Part shown: piece by piece, positions 35,650-46,902 of the stretch
Layout of the letters: each line of letters opens with the position of its first letter
How positions within the stretch are numbered: position 1 is the stretch's first letter
Assembly (NCBI RefSeq): GCF_964188315.1
Contig: NC_135656.1
Span: forward strand, 124,062,001-124,126,000
Direction of reading: 5' to 3'
DNA: 64,000 nucleotides
Source of the DNA: Podarcis muralis
Taxonomy: Eukaryota
The notes under the pieces: model-generated
Seen by the model: only the letters and a program-made list of their open reading frames with translations
Told to the model about the DNA's origin: nothing
Databases searched by the model: none
Translations under genes and position numbers: made by a program

Positions 35650-35902
35650 ATCAGTGGTAATTTTTTTAAAACGGGAGAAACTCTGGGGAAATTTTAGAAA
35701 CGCTCAGAACATGAGATGGTGCGTTGGTCCTACGATTTAAATGACTTGTGTCTCTGGTGGTCATAGACTCATAGAGTTAGTTCAACCCCCTGCCGTGCAG
35801 GAATCACAGCAAAAGGACCCCTGACAGGTAGTGTCCCAGACTCCTTTTAAACACCTCCAGTGAAGGAGAGTCTACCACCTTCCAAGAAGAAATATATGAA
35901 TA

Positions 35903-36128
35903 CAGTGGTACCTCGGGTTACATACGCTTCAGGTTACAGACTCCGCTAACCCAGAAATAGTACCTTGGATTAAGAACTTTGCTTCAGGATGAGAACAGAA
36001 ATCATGCAGCGGCAGGGCAGCAGCAGTGGGAGGCCCCATTAGCTAAGGTGGTGCTTCAGGTTAAGAACAGTTTCAGGTTAAGAACAGACCTCCGGAACGA
36101 ATTAAGTACTTAACCTGAGGTACCACTG
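35903..36128 (+). mobile_element. Tc1/mariner MITE, family A
   Basis: TA|CAGTGGTACCT...AGGTACCACTG|TA. Confidence 0.9.
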
Positions 36129-36269
36129 TAATTAGATGAGCTTTCTTAGCCTGTCAGGCCCAACAACAGGGCCAGTGGACCCAACCAGCTTGCAAACTGT
36201 CCTCGTCTAGATAATGTGTGGGGTTGAGAAATCAGCTGCCCTCAGAGGCTCCATGTTGTCTGGTATTTC

Positions 36270-37200
36270 ATCTTAACATAAAAACATAAGGAGAGTCTTC
36301 TGGATTAGGCCAATGGACCATCTAGTCCAGCTTCCTGTTCTCACAGGGGCCAATCGGGGGCCCATAGAAAACCCGCAAGCACAAGAGCAACTCTCCCCTC
36401 CTGTGGTTTCCAGAAACTGGTATTCAGAAGCTGTGCAGGCAGGGCAGAGCCATCCATAGCCCGCTCCTCCTTCATGAATTTGTCTAATCCTCTTTTAAAA
36501 CCATCCAAGTTGGTGGCCGTTCCTGCCTCCGGTGGCAGGGAGTTCCGTAGTTTAACTGTGCGCTGCATGAGGAAGTTCTTTTACCCTCTTACCAGGTTGT
36601 GTCTCGGTCTCAAGGTGGGTCACTACAGCGGCACAAGCACCGCACAAAATTAAGAAATGGATCCTTCTTCGGTGAAAGGTGGGTCCAAGGTGTGAAAAAG
36701 GTGGAGGCTGCTGTTCTGTGATCCCATCCTGTTTGCCTTCTGGTTTCGGTGTGAGTATCCATGACCGCAAGGATGGATCCCCTTTCTTACCTGCTTTGCC
36801 ACATGGGGGCATTTATTTTGCCATCGTTTTTCATTTACGTTGCTTCGTCACCGCACAAAGGAAGTGAATACCTTCGGGGGCAGAGGTGCAGGGAGTCCTG
36901 GGCTGCATGCTGCTTCTCACAGCGGCCAAGCCGAGGTTTGCCCAGGAGTCTTTGGTGGGGGACATTTTCACAAAACCGAGCTACACAATGTCAGCTGGAC
37001 CATCCCCTTCTCTGTATCTGCTTGCTGGACTCTTCAAAGAACTATTTCAGTAGCAGAAGCCATGCTGCCACTTCTACAGCAAGACTTGTTCTTCTAATAT
37101 GTTTGGTTGTTCTATCTTTATTAATGCTTTCCATCAATTTACCCAGAGCAGCTGTTAAGGCCTGCAATTTCCTTGAAGGAGCTCTGCATCTATAGGATCC
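36270..37200 (-). mobile_element. Old CR1 fragments: 3' end at about 36270-36570, decayed RT at about 36900-37200
   Basis: Minus strand QRTVKLRNSLP...NLDGFKRGLDKF; degenerate QHGF...FFE...DIVY...KVPHQRLL region. Confidence 0.65.
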
Positions 37201-37484
37201 TCATAGCATGGATCCTTGTGATGTAAAAATGGCCCCATCACATGCATTTTTTTCGGGGGGGGGGAGTGGATCAGCTGGCTTGAGGGAACACCAAAATTTG
37301 CAGCTAAGAACGCAATTAAATTACCAAACAGTAGCAATTTACTGCACATTTATTCAGAAGCCAGTTAAAACTCTTCAGGTTCAGTGATACCAGCTTTTCA
37401 ACGTCGTCAGTCATTTATACCTCCAGCTTCCCACCGCCACTCCCTTGCCCATAACCCCACCCTCCTCTTTGGGAAGCGCACAAC

Positions 37485-37649
37485 CAGTGGCGTAGCGTGG
37501 GTTGTCAGCACCCGGGGCAAGGCAAGTAATTTGCGCCCCCTAAACCGAGTGAGCCAGGTAGGGGCAGAGAGCTGCGAGTGTGAGCGCCCCCCCCCAGATG
37601 TTGCGCCCGGTGCGGCCGCCCCCCCTGCACCCCCCACGCTACGCCACTG
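37485..37649. mobile_element. hAT MITE, 165 bp
   Basis: 17-bp TIR CAGTGGCGTAGCGTGGG; perfect 8-bp TSD CGCACAAC. Confidence 0.92.
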
Positions 37650-39289
37650 CGCACAACACACCATTTGGGGCCAGGGATAGCAGTGGCGTTGGGAGGACCT
37701 GAAACAGCCAAATTTCAGTCCTGCGATTTGATGCTGAATGTTGGAGCAGAAGGGATAGGGAATGGAGTGACCTGGGAAAGGGCAGGATTTCGTGGCTGGC
37801 TGGAGCCCTGGGTAGAAGTACTCTGTTGCAGCCCTCGCTTTTAGCCTGGGGGTTTCTCGGTGCGCCTTCTCAATGAGGACCTTGTTGCTAAGAGGAACCC
37901 CGGAAGTCCTGAGAAGGCAGGCACGAAAACCTCAGATAACCGGCAAAGCTCAAAGGCTTTTCGGTTCATGTGCCATCAGACCCGGCGGATCTTCCACTTC
38001 AAAACCTGGCACTTCCATCGTTTGCTACACGTGCATCTTTTTGGTTAATTTCTTGGAGATGAAGCAAAACGCTCAGAATTGGCCCCTGTGCATGTTCCAT
38101 CGCGTAAGGATGTCAAAGCTTTTGTGTAGAGCGTGATTTAGAAAACCGAGGACACTTGATCGCCATTATTTTTTACATGGGGCGGGCAGGCTATTCAAAA
38201 ACACCTGACCTCTTCTACAGGGAAGGAAAGTGCTCTCTTGTCATTTTTGGCATGCTGTGGACCCTGCTGGAAACTTGCCGTCTTGTCTTCCTGTGATGCT
38301 TTTCTCATTTACTGGATTTCTACTCTTAATTAAAACTGCTTGCCTTCTCCTAACTGAGAAACCCGTGTAAGTGTTAGAGCTTGCCTATATCTATCGATAT
38401 AATAATCCGATAGCTTCCTAACCTGAGTGGGTGTTATTTTATGGTGGTTTTTTTTGTAGGTTGGGTTAATAAAGCCTTCAAATACATCACCCCTATTTCC
38501 TCGGTAGGGTTTTATTTCCTCTCCCTTCATGGTCTCCCAAATGAATCTCCTGATTCCGCAGAGAAACGCCAGCAGACCAAGGATTTAAGTGGAAAAGTGG
38601 GCCTTTATTTATACAAGCACAGCCTCCTGATCAGTCACAGAGGCCGGCCCAAGACATTTTGGCACCTGAGGAGAACCACAAAATGGTGTCCACCTGCTAG
38701 GGAAGACGGGGTGAGTGAAGACGTACGCTGGAAACAAGGGGGGAAACAAAGAACTACATTGGGAACGAGGGGGAGGGAGAACAGCAGCCCCTCCTGTTCA
38801 CCAAGAGGCAGCATGGACAGGATGCCATGGAAGGGGCAGATCTGGCTTTGAAGGGGCAATGCCTCAGCTGTTGTTGCCACAGTGGCAGGAGCAGCAGGCG
38901 ATGCATCCCTTGGAGGCCAGATCTGCTGCCCCTGTTGATCCTGCCACTTGAAGCGGTTGCAGCCCCTTGCCTCATTGGTGGGCCGGCCCTGGGAGAGGGA
39001 ATCGGAATGTTGGTGGCGAGTGATGATTGGCTGGGAGTTTGAAAGCAAAGGTTGAATGTGAGGAGGCAGTTGAGGGCCAGAGCTTGGCGGTTGGTGTTTG
39101 GAGTTGAGAGGACCCTGTTGAAAAATGCCCGGGAAGGCCGCCAACTTCCCAAGACACCGGGGCGTCTCTCCGATGGTCAGTCTCTGGCTGTAAATCTCCT
39201 TTAGTCCAAAGAGACTGGCAGTAAGTGACCCCTCCCTCCCGAGAGGAGAACACTTGTCTTCTGGCATCAGAAGAAAGAGTCAATTAATA

Positions 39290-39615
39290 CAGTGTTTTTC
39301 AGCCTTTTTTGGGCAAAGGCACACTTGTTTCATGAAAAAAATCATGCGGCACACCACCATTAGAAAATGTTTAAAAATTTAACTCTGTGCCTATATTGAC
39401 AATATATAAAGTAATTCTCTTGAATAGGAATCAAATAAACACAAAGAAAGTATTTTATAATTACTTTATTATGAAATAGTAAGTAAACAGAAATATGAAA
39501 AATTATAAAATACTTTATTTTTAAATCTTTCGAATTTTTCAATTTTTCCCACGGCACACCAGGCAACATCTCGCGGCACACTAGTGTGCCGCGGAACAGT
39601 GGTTGAAAAACACTG
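39290..39615. mobile_element. hAT MITE, 326 bp
   Basis: TIR CAGTGTTTTTCA...TGAAAAACACTG; perfect 8-bp TSD AATTAATA. Confidence 0.92.
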
Positions 39616-39900
39616 AATTAATAGCTCTAAACTACTTTATTTTACTGTCTATATACAAAGAATCCCTCAGCATGTCTGTGCTCTCTCAGCAGCAGTACAG
39701 AACAGCATCACACACAGAAGTGAAACTAAACTTCCAACAGTGCAGAGACTTCCTGTCTCACACTCTCAGACACTCACATGATATAAACAAACATAGTGCT
39801 ACATACTGGAGCAGCACGGGTAGATAAAAATCCTAACAGCCTTGTGTCATGCGAAAGCTCTGGACTCTGTCTCCGCCTGGACTCAGGTGTATGTAAAAGA

Positions 39901-40235
39901 TAAAGGTAAAGGGACCCCTGACCGTTAGGTCCAGTCTTGGCTGACTCTGGGGTTGCGGCGCTCATCTTGCTTTATTGGCCAAGGGAGCCTGCGTACAGCT
40001 TCCGGGTCATGTGGCCAGCATGACTAAGCCGCTTCTGGCGAACCAGAGCAGCGCACGGAAACACTGTTTACCTTCCTGCCGGAGCGGTACCTATTTATCT
40101 ACTTGCACTTTGACGTGCTTTCGAACTGCTAGGTTGGCAGGAGCAGGGACCGAGCAACGGGGGCTCACCCCGTCGCGGGGATTTGAACCGCTGACCTGAT
40201 CAGCAAGTCCTAGGCTCTGTGGTTTAACCCACAGC
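39901..40235 (-). mobile_element. Sauria SINE, subfamily B
   Basis: Family match. Confidence 0.92.
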
Positions 40236-40808
40236 ATATATATGTGTAAATCATAGAATTGTAGAGGTGGAAGGGGACCATTCCACTGTCAAGCTGATCT
40301 TAACTGTTAAAAAAAGGGAACTGTTGTAGGGCTCTTCTAATACTATCGTCAGAAAAGTTCAGTCCAAACTCTCTCTCACACACAAACACATGGCTGATGT
40401 CAGACAGAGAGTTGCATCTGCTATCCCTCCCCTCACAAACATGTTTTTCTCCAGCTCTGTTGCTTCCCCTCAAACCACACAACGGCTCCAGGATGTTGCA
40501 GAGAGGAGCTTTTTCCTATTGTAATTACAGAAATCATGGTGATTTTCTATAGCCGAAGCCCAAGAGAGATTTCTGGATGTTGCCCAGGCTTCAGAATCAA
40601 GGCCAACATGAGGTTACTCATTGCATCGTTCCTGGGGGAATAATATCTGTGTGGGAGGCAGAGTGAGTCAAGATTTAGAGCAGGTGTAATTGGGGGAGAT
40701 GTGTGTGTGATCTTTAAAAGCTCTGAAGTCACCAGTGACCACTAGCTCCATGGGTGATGACACTGCAGCCTTGGTCTTGCATGAGATTTCCCTTGCATAA
40801 GCTCACAG

Positions 40809-41061
40809 GAAGAAGAAGAAGAAGAGTTTGGATTTGATATCCCACTTTATCACTACCCGAAGGAGTCTCAAAGCGGCTAACATTCTCCTTTCCCTTCCTC
40901 CCCCACATCAAACACTGTGTGAGGTGAGTGAGACTGAGAGACTTCAGAGAAGTGACTAGCCCAAGGTCACCCAGCAGCTGCATGTGGAAGAGCGGAGACG
41001 CGAACCCGGTTCCCCAGATTACGAGACTACAGCTCTTAACCACTACAGCACACTGGCTCTC
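40809..41061 (-). mobile_element. tRNA-derived SINE, second family
   Basis: Reverse complement of 32183-32460. Confidence 0.9.
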
Positions 41062-41088
41062 AGGAGAGGTGCAGGAGCTACAGCCAGA

Positions 41089-41312
41089 ATGGTATCCCTG
41101 CTGTTGCTACTTCTGCTGCTGCTATTGATGCCTCACGGGGTCTTTGGGAACCCCAAGGCAAAATGCCATCTGAATCTGATCAGGGAAGAAAATGGAGCGC
41201 AGAATTACTTCCGGCCTGGAGACTTCCTCGTTAGTGGGGTCATCTCTCCAAAACAATTTTTCGATCAGCTTCCGTATATCTTTTCTCAGCCCCCATTAAC
41301 TAGGTTTGATGA
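41089..41312 (+). CDS. V2R-1 (vomeronasal type-2 receptor) exon 1
   Basis: Signal peptide [13 protein letters not shown]..., YFRPGDFLVSGVIS; donor GA|GTAAGT, phase 2. Model join(41089..41312,42057..42351,42450..43259,44390..44617,45021..45147,46004..46902) = 860 aa. Confidence 0.88.
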
Positions 41313-41346
41313 GTAAGTAACTGTATTCTGGTGTCTCTTATGCTTC

Positions 41347-41350
<4 letters not shown>

Positions 41351-41393
<43 letters not shown>
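41351..41393. repeat. (CA)n microsatellite
   Basis: Direct. Confidence 0.95.
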
Positions 41394-41397
<4 letters not shown>

Positions 41398-42056
41398 TCA
41401 CTCCTTCCTTACTAGGGAAATTTCCCCTATTTCATGACTGGGACCATCATGATGTTGCTGGACTTCATCTCCCTGACTCCTGGTCACTGGCTATGCTGCC
41501 TGGGGGCTGATGGGAATTGGAGTCTTGCAACATATGGAGGGCCACAGGTTTATCACACACCTGTCCTGTTTCCATTTGTCATTCCTCCTGCTGTGTTGCT
41601 TGCTCAAAGGAATCTAATCAGGGATGAAAAGGATGCATTAAGGTGAGGGAAGAAGATCCTGGATATGGTGGTGGTGGAGGGGATAGACTTGTAGGCTGAG
41701 CTCTCCATTTCAGCAACTGGGCATCTATGCAAGAAGACAACGAGACCCCCAACTGCAACTGCAACTGCAACCTTGGCAACAAGGCCCCTACTTTTCACGA
41801 ACCTTCAAAAAAGAATGTCTTCATTCAGTTTTGTTTTTTGAAAGTTGTGTGTTTTTCTGCTTCTTCAGTGAAGAGAGTACACCTCACCATTTTTATTCTG
41901 AAGCGGGAAATTGATTTTCAACTTGAAACAAGGACATGTCTTTTCTCACCCCTCACTACAAACGTACAAGCTGTTCTTTGGTGATCAGATCATAGTTATT
42001 TTCATTAAATGGTGAAGAGCAGTTTCACATTGTTTTTATTAATCTGTTTATTGCAG

Positions 42057-42351
42057 TGTGTCAGATAGACGCTACTGGCACATCTTGTCTTTCCTGTTTA
42101 CCATCCAAGAGATCAACAGGGACCCCAGGATCTTACCCAACATCACCCTGGGCTACAACCTCTATGAGAACTTTTTCGATGCAAGGATGACTTCCGATGT
42201 CATGCTAGACCTGCTATCGGGTGGGGAAAGCAACATCCCAAACTATACCTGTGGAAAAGGGAATAATAACCTGCTGGGTGTTCTTGAAGGGGCCAATTCT
42301 GTGATTTCCAAACAGATTTCAACCATGTCAGGCATCTACAAAATCCCACAG
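42057..42351 (+). CDS. V2R-1 exon 2
   Basis: [24 protein letters not shown]...IPNYTC...YKIPQ; phase 2/0. Confidence 0.93.
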
Positions 42352-42449
42352 GTATAAAGGAGGGCATAAAACCCAATTTTTCTTCAGAGGAGTTAAGATG
42401 TTTACCTTGAGACCAAAACAAATCACTAATCTCTCCCTTCCCTCACTAG

Positions 42450-43259
42450 ATCAGTTATGGCTTTAATGTTCAGACTCTGGAGGATAAATCCCAGTTCCCT
42501 TTTGACTACCGGATGCTCCCCAAAGAAGATACTCAGTCCCAGGGGATTGTCAAGTTGCTCCTGCATTTCGGATGGACATGGGTTGGCCTCTTTGCTCCAG
42601 AAAATGAGAATGGAGAAAGGTTTGTGGGTGCCTTGACATCTCAGATGATCCTCCGTGGAATCTGTGTCGCCTTCACACATAGACTGTCAGAAAGCAATCC
42701 ATATCGATCACTTGTGCCAAATGTGCCAGTTATGATATGGAGACAAGTCAATGTATTTCTTTACTATGAGAACACTTACACAGGATGGATACCAGTCATG
42801 GCCCTACAACAAAGATACCATAAAGAAGCTGAGGCAAGAGTTTGGATCACAACAGATTTTCATGACATCAACTATAATTTACTTTTGGGTCCAGAGTTTT
42901 TCCATCCCATCCATGGTTCCTTCTCCTTTGTAATGAAGACCAAAAAAAGAACCATACATGACTACTATACACCATCTTCATACCTCCTTTATTGGTTTTG
43001 GAGGAAAGCATTTTATTGCTTGTATTCGAAGCATACCTTGTCTGTGAAAGGACGGACAAAATGCACCGAGAAGGAGAAGCTGGAGACTCTGCCCCAGGAG
43101 GAGCCGGAGAGATCCCTGTCCCAAGACAGCTACAGCACTTACTTCCATCTCCAAGCCGTGGCGCACGCTTTACATGCTGCATGTTCATCGAGATCAAAAC
43201 GGATGCCGAGGATGAGTGGGAAAGACAGTTTGGGGTGTCAAAGTCTACAGCCATGGCAG
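42450..43259 (+). CDS. V2R-1 exon 3 (Venus flytrap domain)
   Basis: GIVKLLLHFGWTWVGL, GICVAF, VWITT, HGSFSF, FWRKAFYC, AVAHALH, PWQ|gt; 810 bp. Confidence 0.94.
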
Positions 43260-43972
43260 GTATTTCCTTTCGCCTTTTTGCAAACTTCAATCCACCCTCC
43301 CAACTGTGAAAGAAGATCTAGTAGCAGAACAAGAATTTGTCCTTTCCTGAGGCAAATCCAATTGATGAGGTTCTTCTGCAGATCAATATTTCTGCCCACC
43401 ATGGGTATGTCAGAAGAAGACCATCTCATTTTCCAGTGGTTACTCCTTAGTGCTCTGAGAGGGACCCAGTCATCTTAGCTCATCTCCTCTGTCTTTGCTG
43501 GCCTTTAGCGAGCAGCTGCAACACGGGTGGAGCAGGGACACAAGCCTTCTGGTCACACAGGTCTTCCCCACAATGCTGAGATGTACACTCATTGAGTTTT
43601 TTCTATTTTAATCTTTATATACTGCCCTTTATTTGTGTGTGTGGGGTGGGTGGGTGGGTGTGGGTGTGGGTGGGTGTGTGAACACTGGTTGGTTTATAAT
43701 ATATCAACAGAACAGAATTATTAAAAGTGCTGAAAGTTTCAAAACAATACCAACCAACTGTGTATAGGATAAAACAGAAGACAAAAAGAATAGCCATAGC
43801 AGGGACCTTTTCCACGTGCTGGAAATGCTTATTGAAACAAAGATATTAAATAATAAGAACTTTCTAACTTTGTGTCTATGTGCAGAAATTAGCACTTAGG
43901 GGTGCAACGAAGCAGTGATTGTCACAATTGGCACTGTTTCTGTTCTTCTACAATGTTTCATTCCACTAAGAT

Positions 43973-44236
43973 GAGAGTCAGTGTGGTGTAGTGGTTAAGA
44001 GAGGTAGACTTGTAATCTGGTGAACCGGGTTTGCGTCTCTGCTCCTCCACATGCAGCTGCTGGGTGACCTTGGGCCAGTCACACTTCTCTGAAGTCTCTC
44101 AGCCTCACTCACCTCACAGCGTGTTTGTTGTGGGGGAGGAAGGGAAAGGAGATTGTTGGCCGCTTTGAGACTCCCTAGGGTAGTGATAAAGCAGGATATC
44201 AAACCCAAACTCCTCCTCCTCCTCTTCTTCTTCTTC
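43973..44236 (+). mobile_element. tRNA-derived SINE, second family
   Basis: A-box TGGTGTAGTGG; same body and (CTC)n(CTT)n tail. Confidence 0.9.
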
Positions 44237-44389
44237 AATGTACACTGGGATGGAATGACTGGCTCTCAAACTGATCTAGGTCAGTGGTTCCCACTGGGGG
44301 TCCATGTAACCCACCCAGGGGGTCTTCAGCACCATTCACATAACAAAAGCACTCTGCCTGCCTGTGACTCCCAGCAATTTTCATTCCAG

Positions 44390-44617
44390 CTTCACCCCTT
44401 CTTAAGAGCAACCCAGTTTTCAAATACCTCCGTGGGTGGAATGCATTTGGATGAGAACGGGGAGCTGCCAGGCAACTATGACCTTGTGAACTGGGTGGTG
44501 TTTCCCAACAAGTCTCATGCCAGAGTGAAAGTTGGGAGTATAGAGAGAGAGACATCCATTGACACAAAGTTCACTATCAACCCGGATGCTATTTTGTGGC
44601 CCCAGAGGTTTAACAAG
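44390..44617 (+). CDS. V2R-1 exon 4
   Basis: LHPFLR...LDENGE...YDLVNWV-FPN...VKVG...WP; 228 bp. Confidence 0.93.
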
Positions 44618-45020
44618 GTAGGGGGAACTTTTCCTGTATGGTATCTGTTGATATACATTAATTTGTGGAATAATTCACACAGGACTTGGACTGCAGTCCT
44701 TTGCCCAGTGCAGGGGTGGGAGCTGGCATACAAGGGTGTCCCCCTCATACTGTGAGCCCCATATCCATGAAGTGGACATTCCATTTTGAAATCTGGAAAT
44801 TTGAGGTTGACAGTGACACCATGTATAGGAATAGAAAAGAGGAACAATGAATGTTGAAGCAAGCAAGGAAACACACCACATAAGTTTTTTGAGGAACATG
44901 CCAGAGGTCCTGGCAGGGCTAGTGGTCCATGAGATGCTGTTGGGCCCATTCCAGACTCCATCAACCAATTCCGTAAAGAGAAATTGTCCCCTTGATGCAC
45001 CTTCCTCTCTTTGTGCTTAG

Positions 45021-45147
45021 ACTGTGCCTTGCTCCAGATGCACCGAAAGCTGTCACCCTGGATATTTCAAGGTGATCCAAGAAGGGGAGCCGGTTTGCTG
45101 CTATGTTTGTTCTCTGTGTGCGGAAGGGACCATCTCCACCCAGGAAG
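45021..45147 (+). CDS. V2R-1 exon 5 (cysteine-rich domain)
   Basis: [15 protein letters not shown]...[17 protein letters not shown]; 127 bp, phase 0/1. Confidence 0.93.
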
Positions 45148-45649
45148 GTGGGTGACTCCAAGGGAGAGGCCATTTCTTGGGGGAATAGAAAGAGGGCGAA
45201 GATTCACTTAGATACATTTTCTGTTGAGATCTGAGAGCAATTTCTTAACAAGCATCTAGGGCTGAATTTAGACATACAAAAAAAGTTTCAGGAAAATGTG
45301 TTGTAAACATCATAATGGGAAATCACTCTACAGTGTCATCTGGTGCCACAGTGTTATAACACATTTTAAATACTTTTAAAAAACAACAACCAACTGTAGC
45401 TGAGTCACCTTCGGAGTTTGTAATCATCTCCCACAAAACAAAACACCTTAGCTGCCAAAGGTGAAGATACAGAAATGTGTCTTCACTAGGCAAAGAGAGT
45501 GGGAGAATGAAGACAGCAGAGACACCTCTGGAGGGAGGTCATTGCCTCTCAGCTTTACCTACATTCCAAGGGGATGAAAAGAAAAATCATATGTGACAAC
45601 TCTAGGTCCTTGGAGGAAAGGAGGGGTGCAAGAGTGGAAATTAAATATA

Positions 45650-45866
45650 CAGTGGTACCTCCGGTTGGCACAGGATCCGTTCTGGAGCTCCAGTTGGATC
45701 CCGAGGAATTTGCAACCGGAGGTGCCTGTTCTGCACATGCGCACAGTGCAGGGAGTGCTTCTGCACATTCATGTGTGGCGAAACCTGGAAAAATACTTCG
45801 GGTTTGCCGCGTGCGTAACTCGAAGGATACACATCCAGAGGAATGCATATCCAGAGATACCATTCT
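45650..45866. mobile_element. Tc1/mariner MITE, family D, in V2R-1 intron 5
   Basis: TA|CAGTGGTACCT left TIR; degenerate right TIR agataccattc|ta. Confidence 0.65.
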
Positions 45867-46003
45867 ATACACAAATAAAACTAAATCTTTCACATTGTTA
45901 TTTCCTAACCTCCAGAATATCAGTACCCCCCCCCCCGAAGTATTAGAAGCTATGTGGTTATGGATGCAAGGAATACTAAAGCCACTCTTTTTCTCATTCT
46001 CAG

Positions 46004-46902
46004 ATGCAACGCACTGCACCAAATGTCCAGAAGATCAGCATCCAAACAAGGATCAAGTTCAATGTATTCCCAATATTATCAACTTCCTAGACTACAAAGA
46101 GTATTGGGGGATCCTCTTGGCTTGCCTTGCTCTCTTCTTATCCTTAACTACAGGCTTTGTGCTGGCAATCTTCATTAAATACAAAGAAACTCCAATAGTC
46201 AAAGCCAACAATCGGGACCTCACCTACATCCTCCTCATCTCCCTCCTTCTCTCATTTTTGTCCTCCTTCCTCTTCATTGGACGGCCAAGGAAAGTGACTT
46301 GCCTTCTCCGCCAGACAACCTTCAGTCTCATCTTCTCAGTTGCTGTCTCTTCTGTCTTGGCAAAAACCATCACTGTGGTGTTGGCCTTCCTGGCCACTAA
46401 ACCAGGGAACGGGGTGAGGAGATGGCTGGGGAAGAGTTTGGCCCACTCTATTGTCATTTCCTGCTCCAGTGTCCAACTTGTCATCTGTTCCATTTGGCTA
46501 GGGATCTCTCCTCCATTCCCAGAATTTGACATGAGCTCCCAGCTTGGAGAAATCATTGTCCAATGCAACGAAGGCTCTGTTGCCATGTTTTACAGTTCCC
46601 TTGGCTACATGGGCTTCCTGGCGGCCATCTGCTTCACAGTGGCTTTCCTAGCCAGGAAGCTTCCTGGGGCCTTCAATGAAGCCAAGCTGATCACCTTCAG
46701 CATGCTGGTCTTCTGCAGTGTTTGGGTGTCCTTTGTTCCCACCTACCTGAGCACCAAGGGGAAATACATGGTAGCCGTGCAGGTCTTTTCCATCTTAGTC
46801 TCCTGTGCTGGGCTTCTGGGGTGCATCTTCATGCCCAAGTGCTACATTATTTTACTGAGGCCTGATCTGAACACGAAGGAGCATCTGACGACAAAACACT
46901 AA
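46004..46902 (+). CDS. V2R-1 exon 6 (end of CRD plus 7TM)
   Basis: ttctcag|AT; [54 protein letters not shown]. Confidence 0.96.

Noticed and set aside
38638-38991. Possible hAT element with CAGGGCCGGCCC-like TIRs
   Set aside because: The left TIR needs an indel and there is no 8-bp TSD; too weak to list
39255-39838. Possible minus-strand LTR hosting the hAT MITE
   Set aside because: TG/CA ends and AATAAA are present, but I found no matching TSD
45574-46003. N-terminal 143 aa of ORF 45574-46902 as part of the canonical V2R-1 protein
   Set aside because: A canonical acceptor at 46003 joins exon 5 in phase 1, and the extension is MITE/intron sequence; kept only as a low-interest finding
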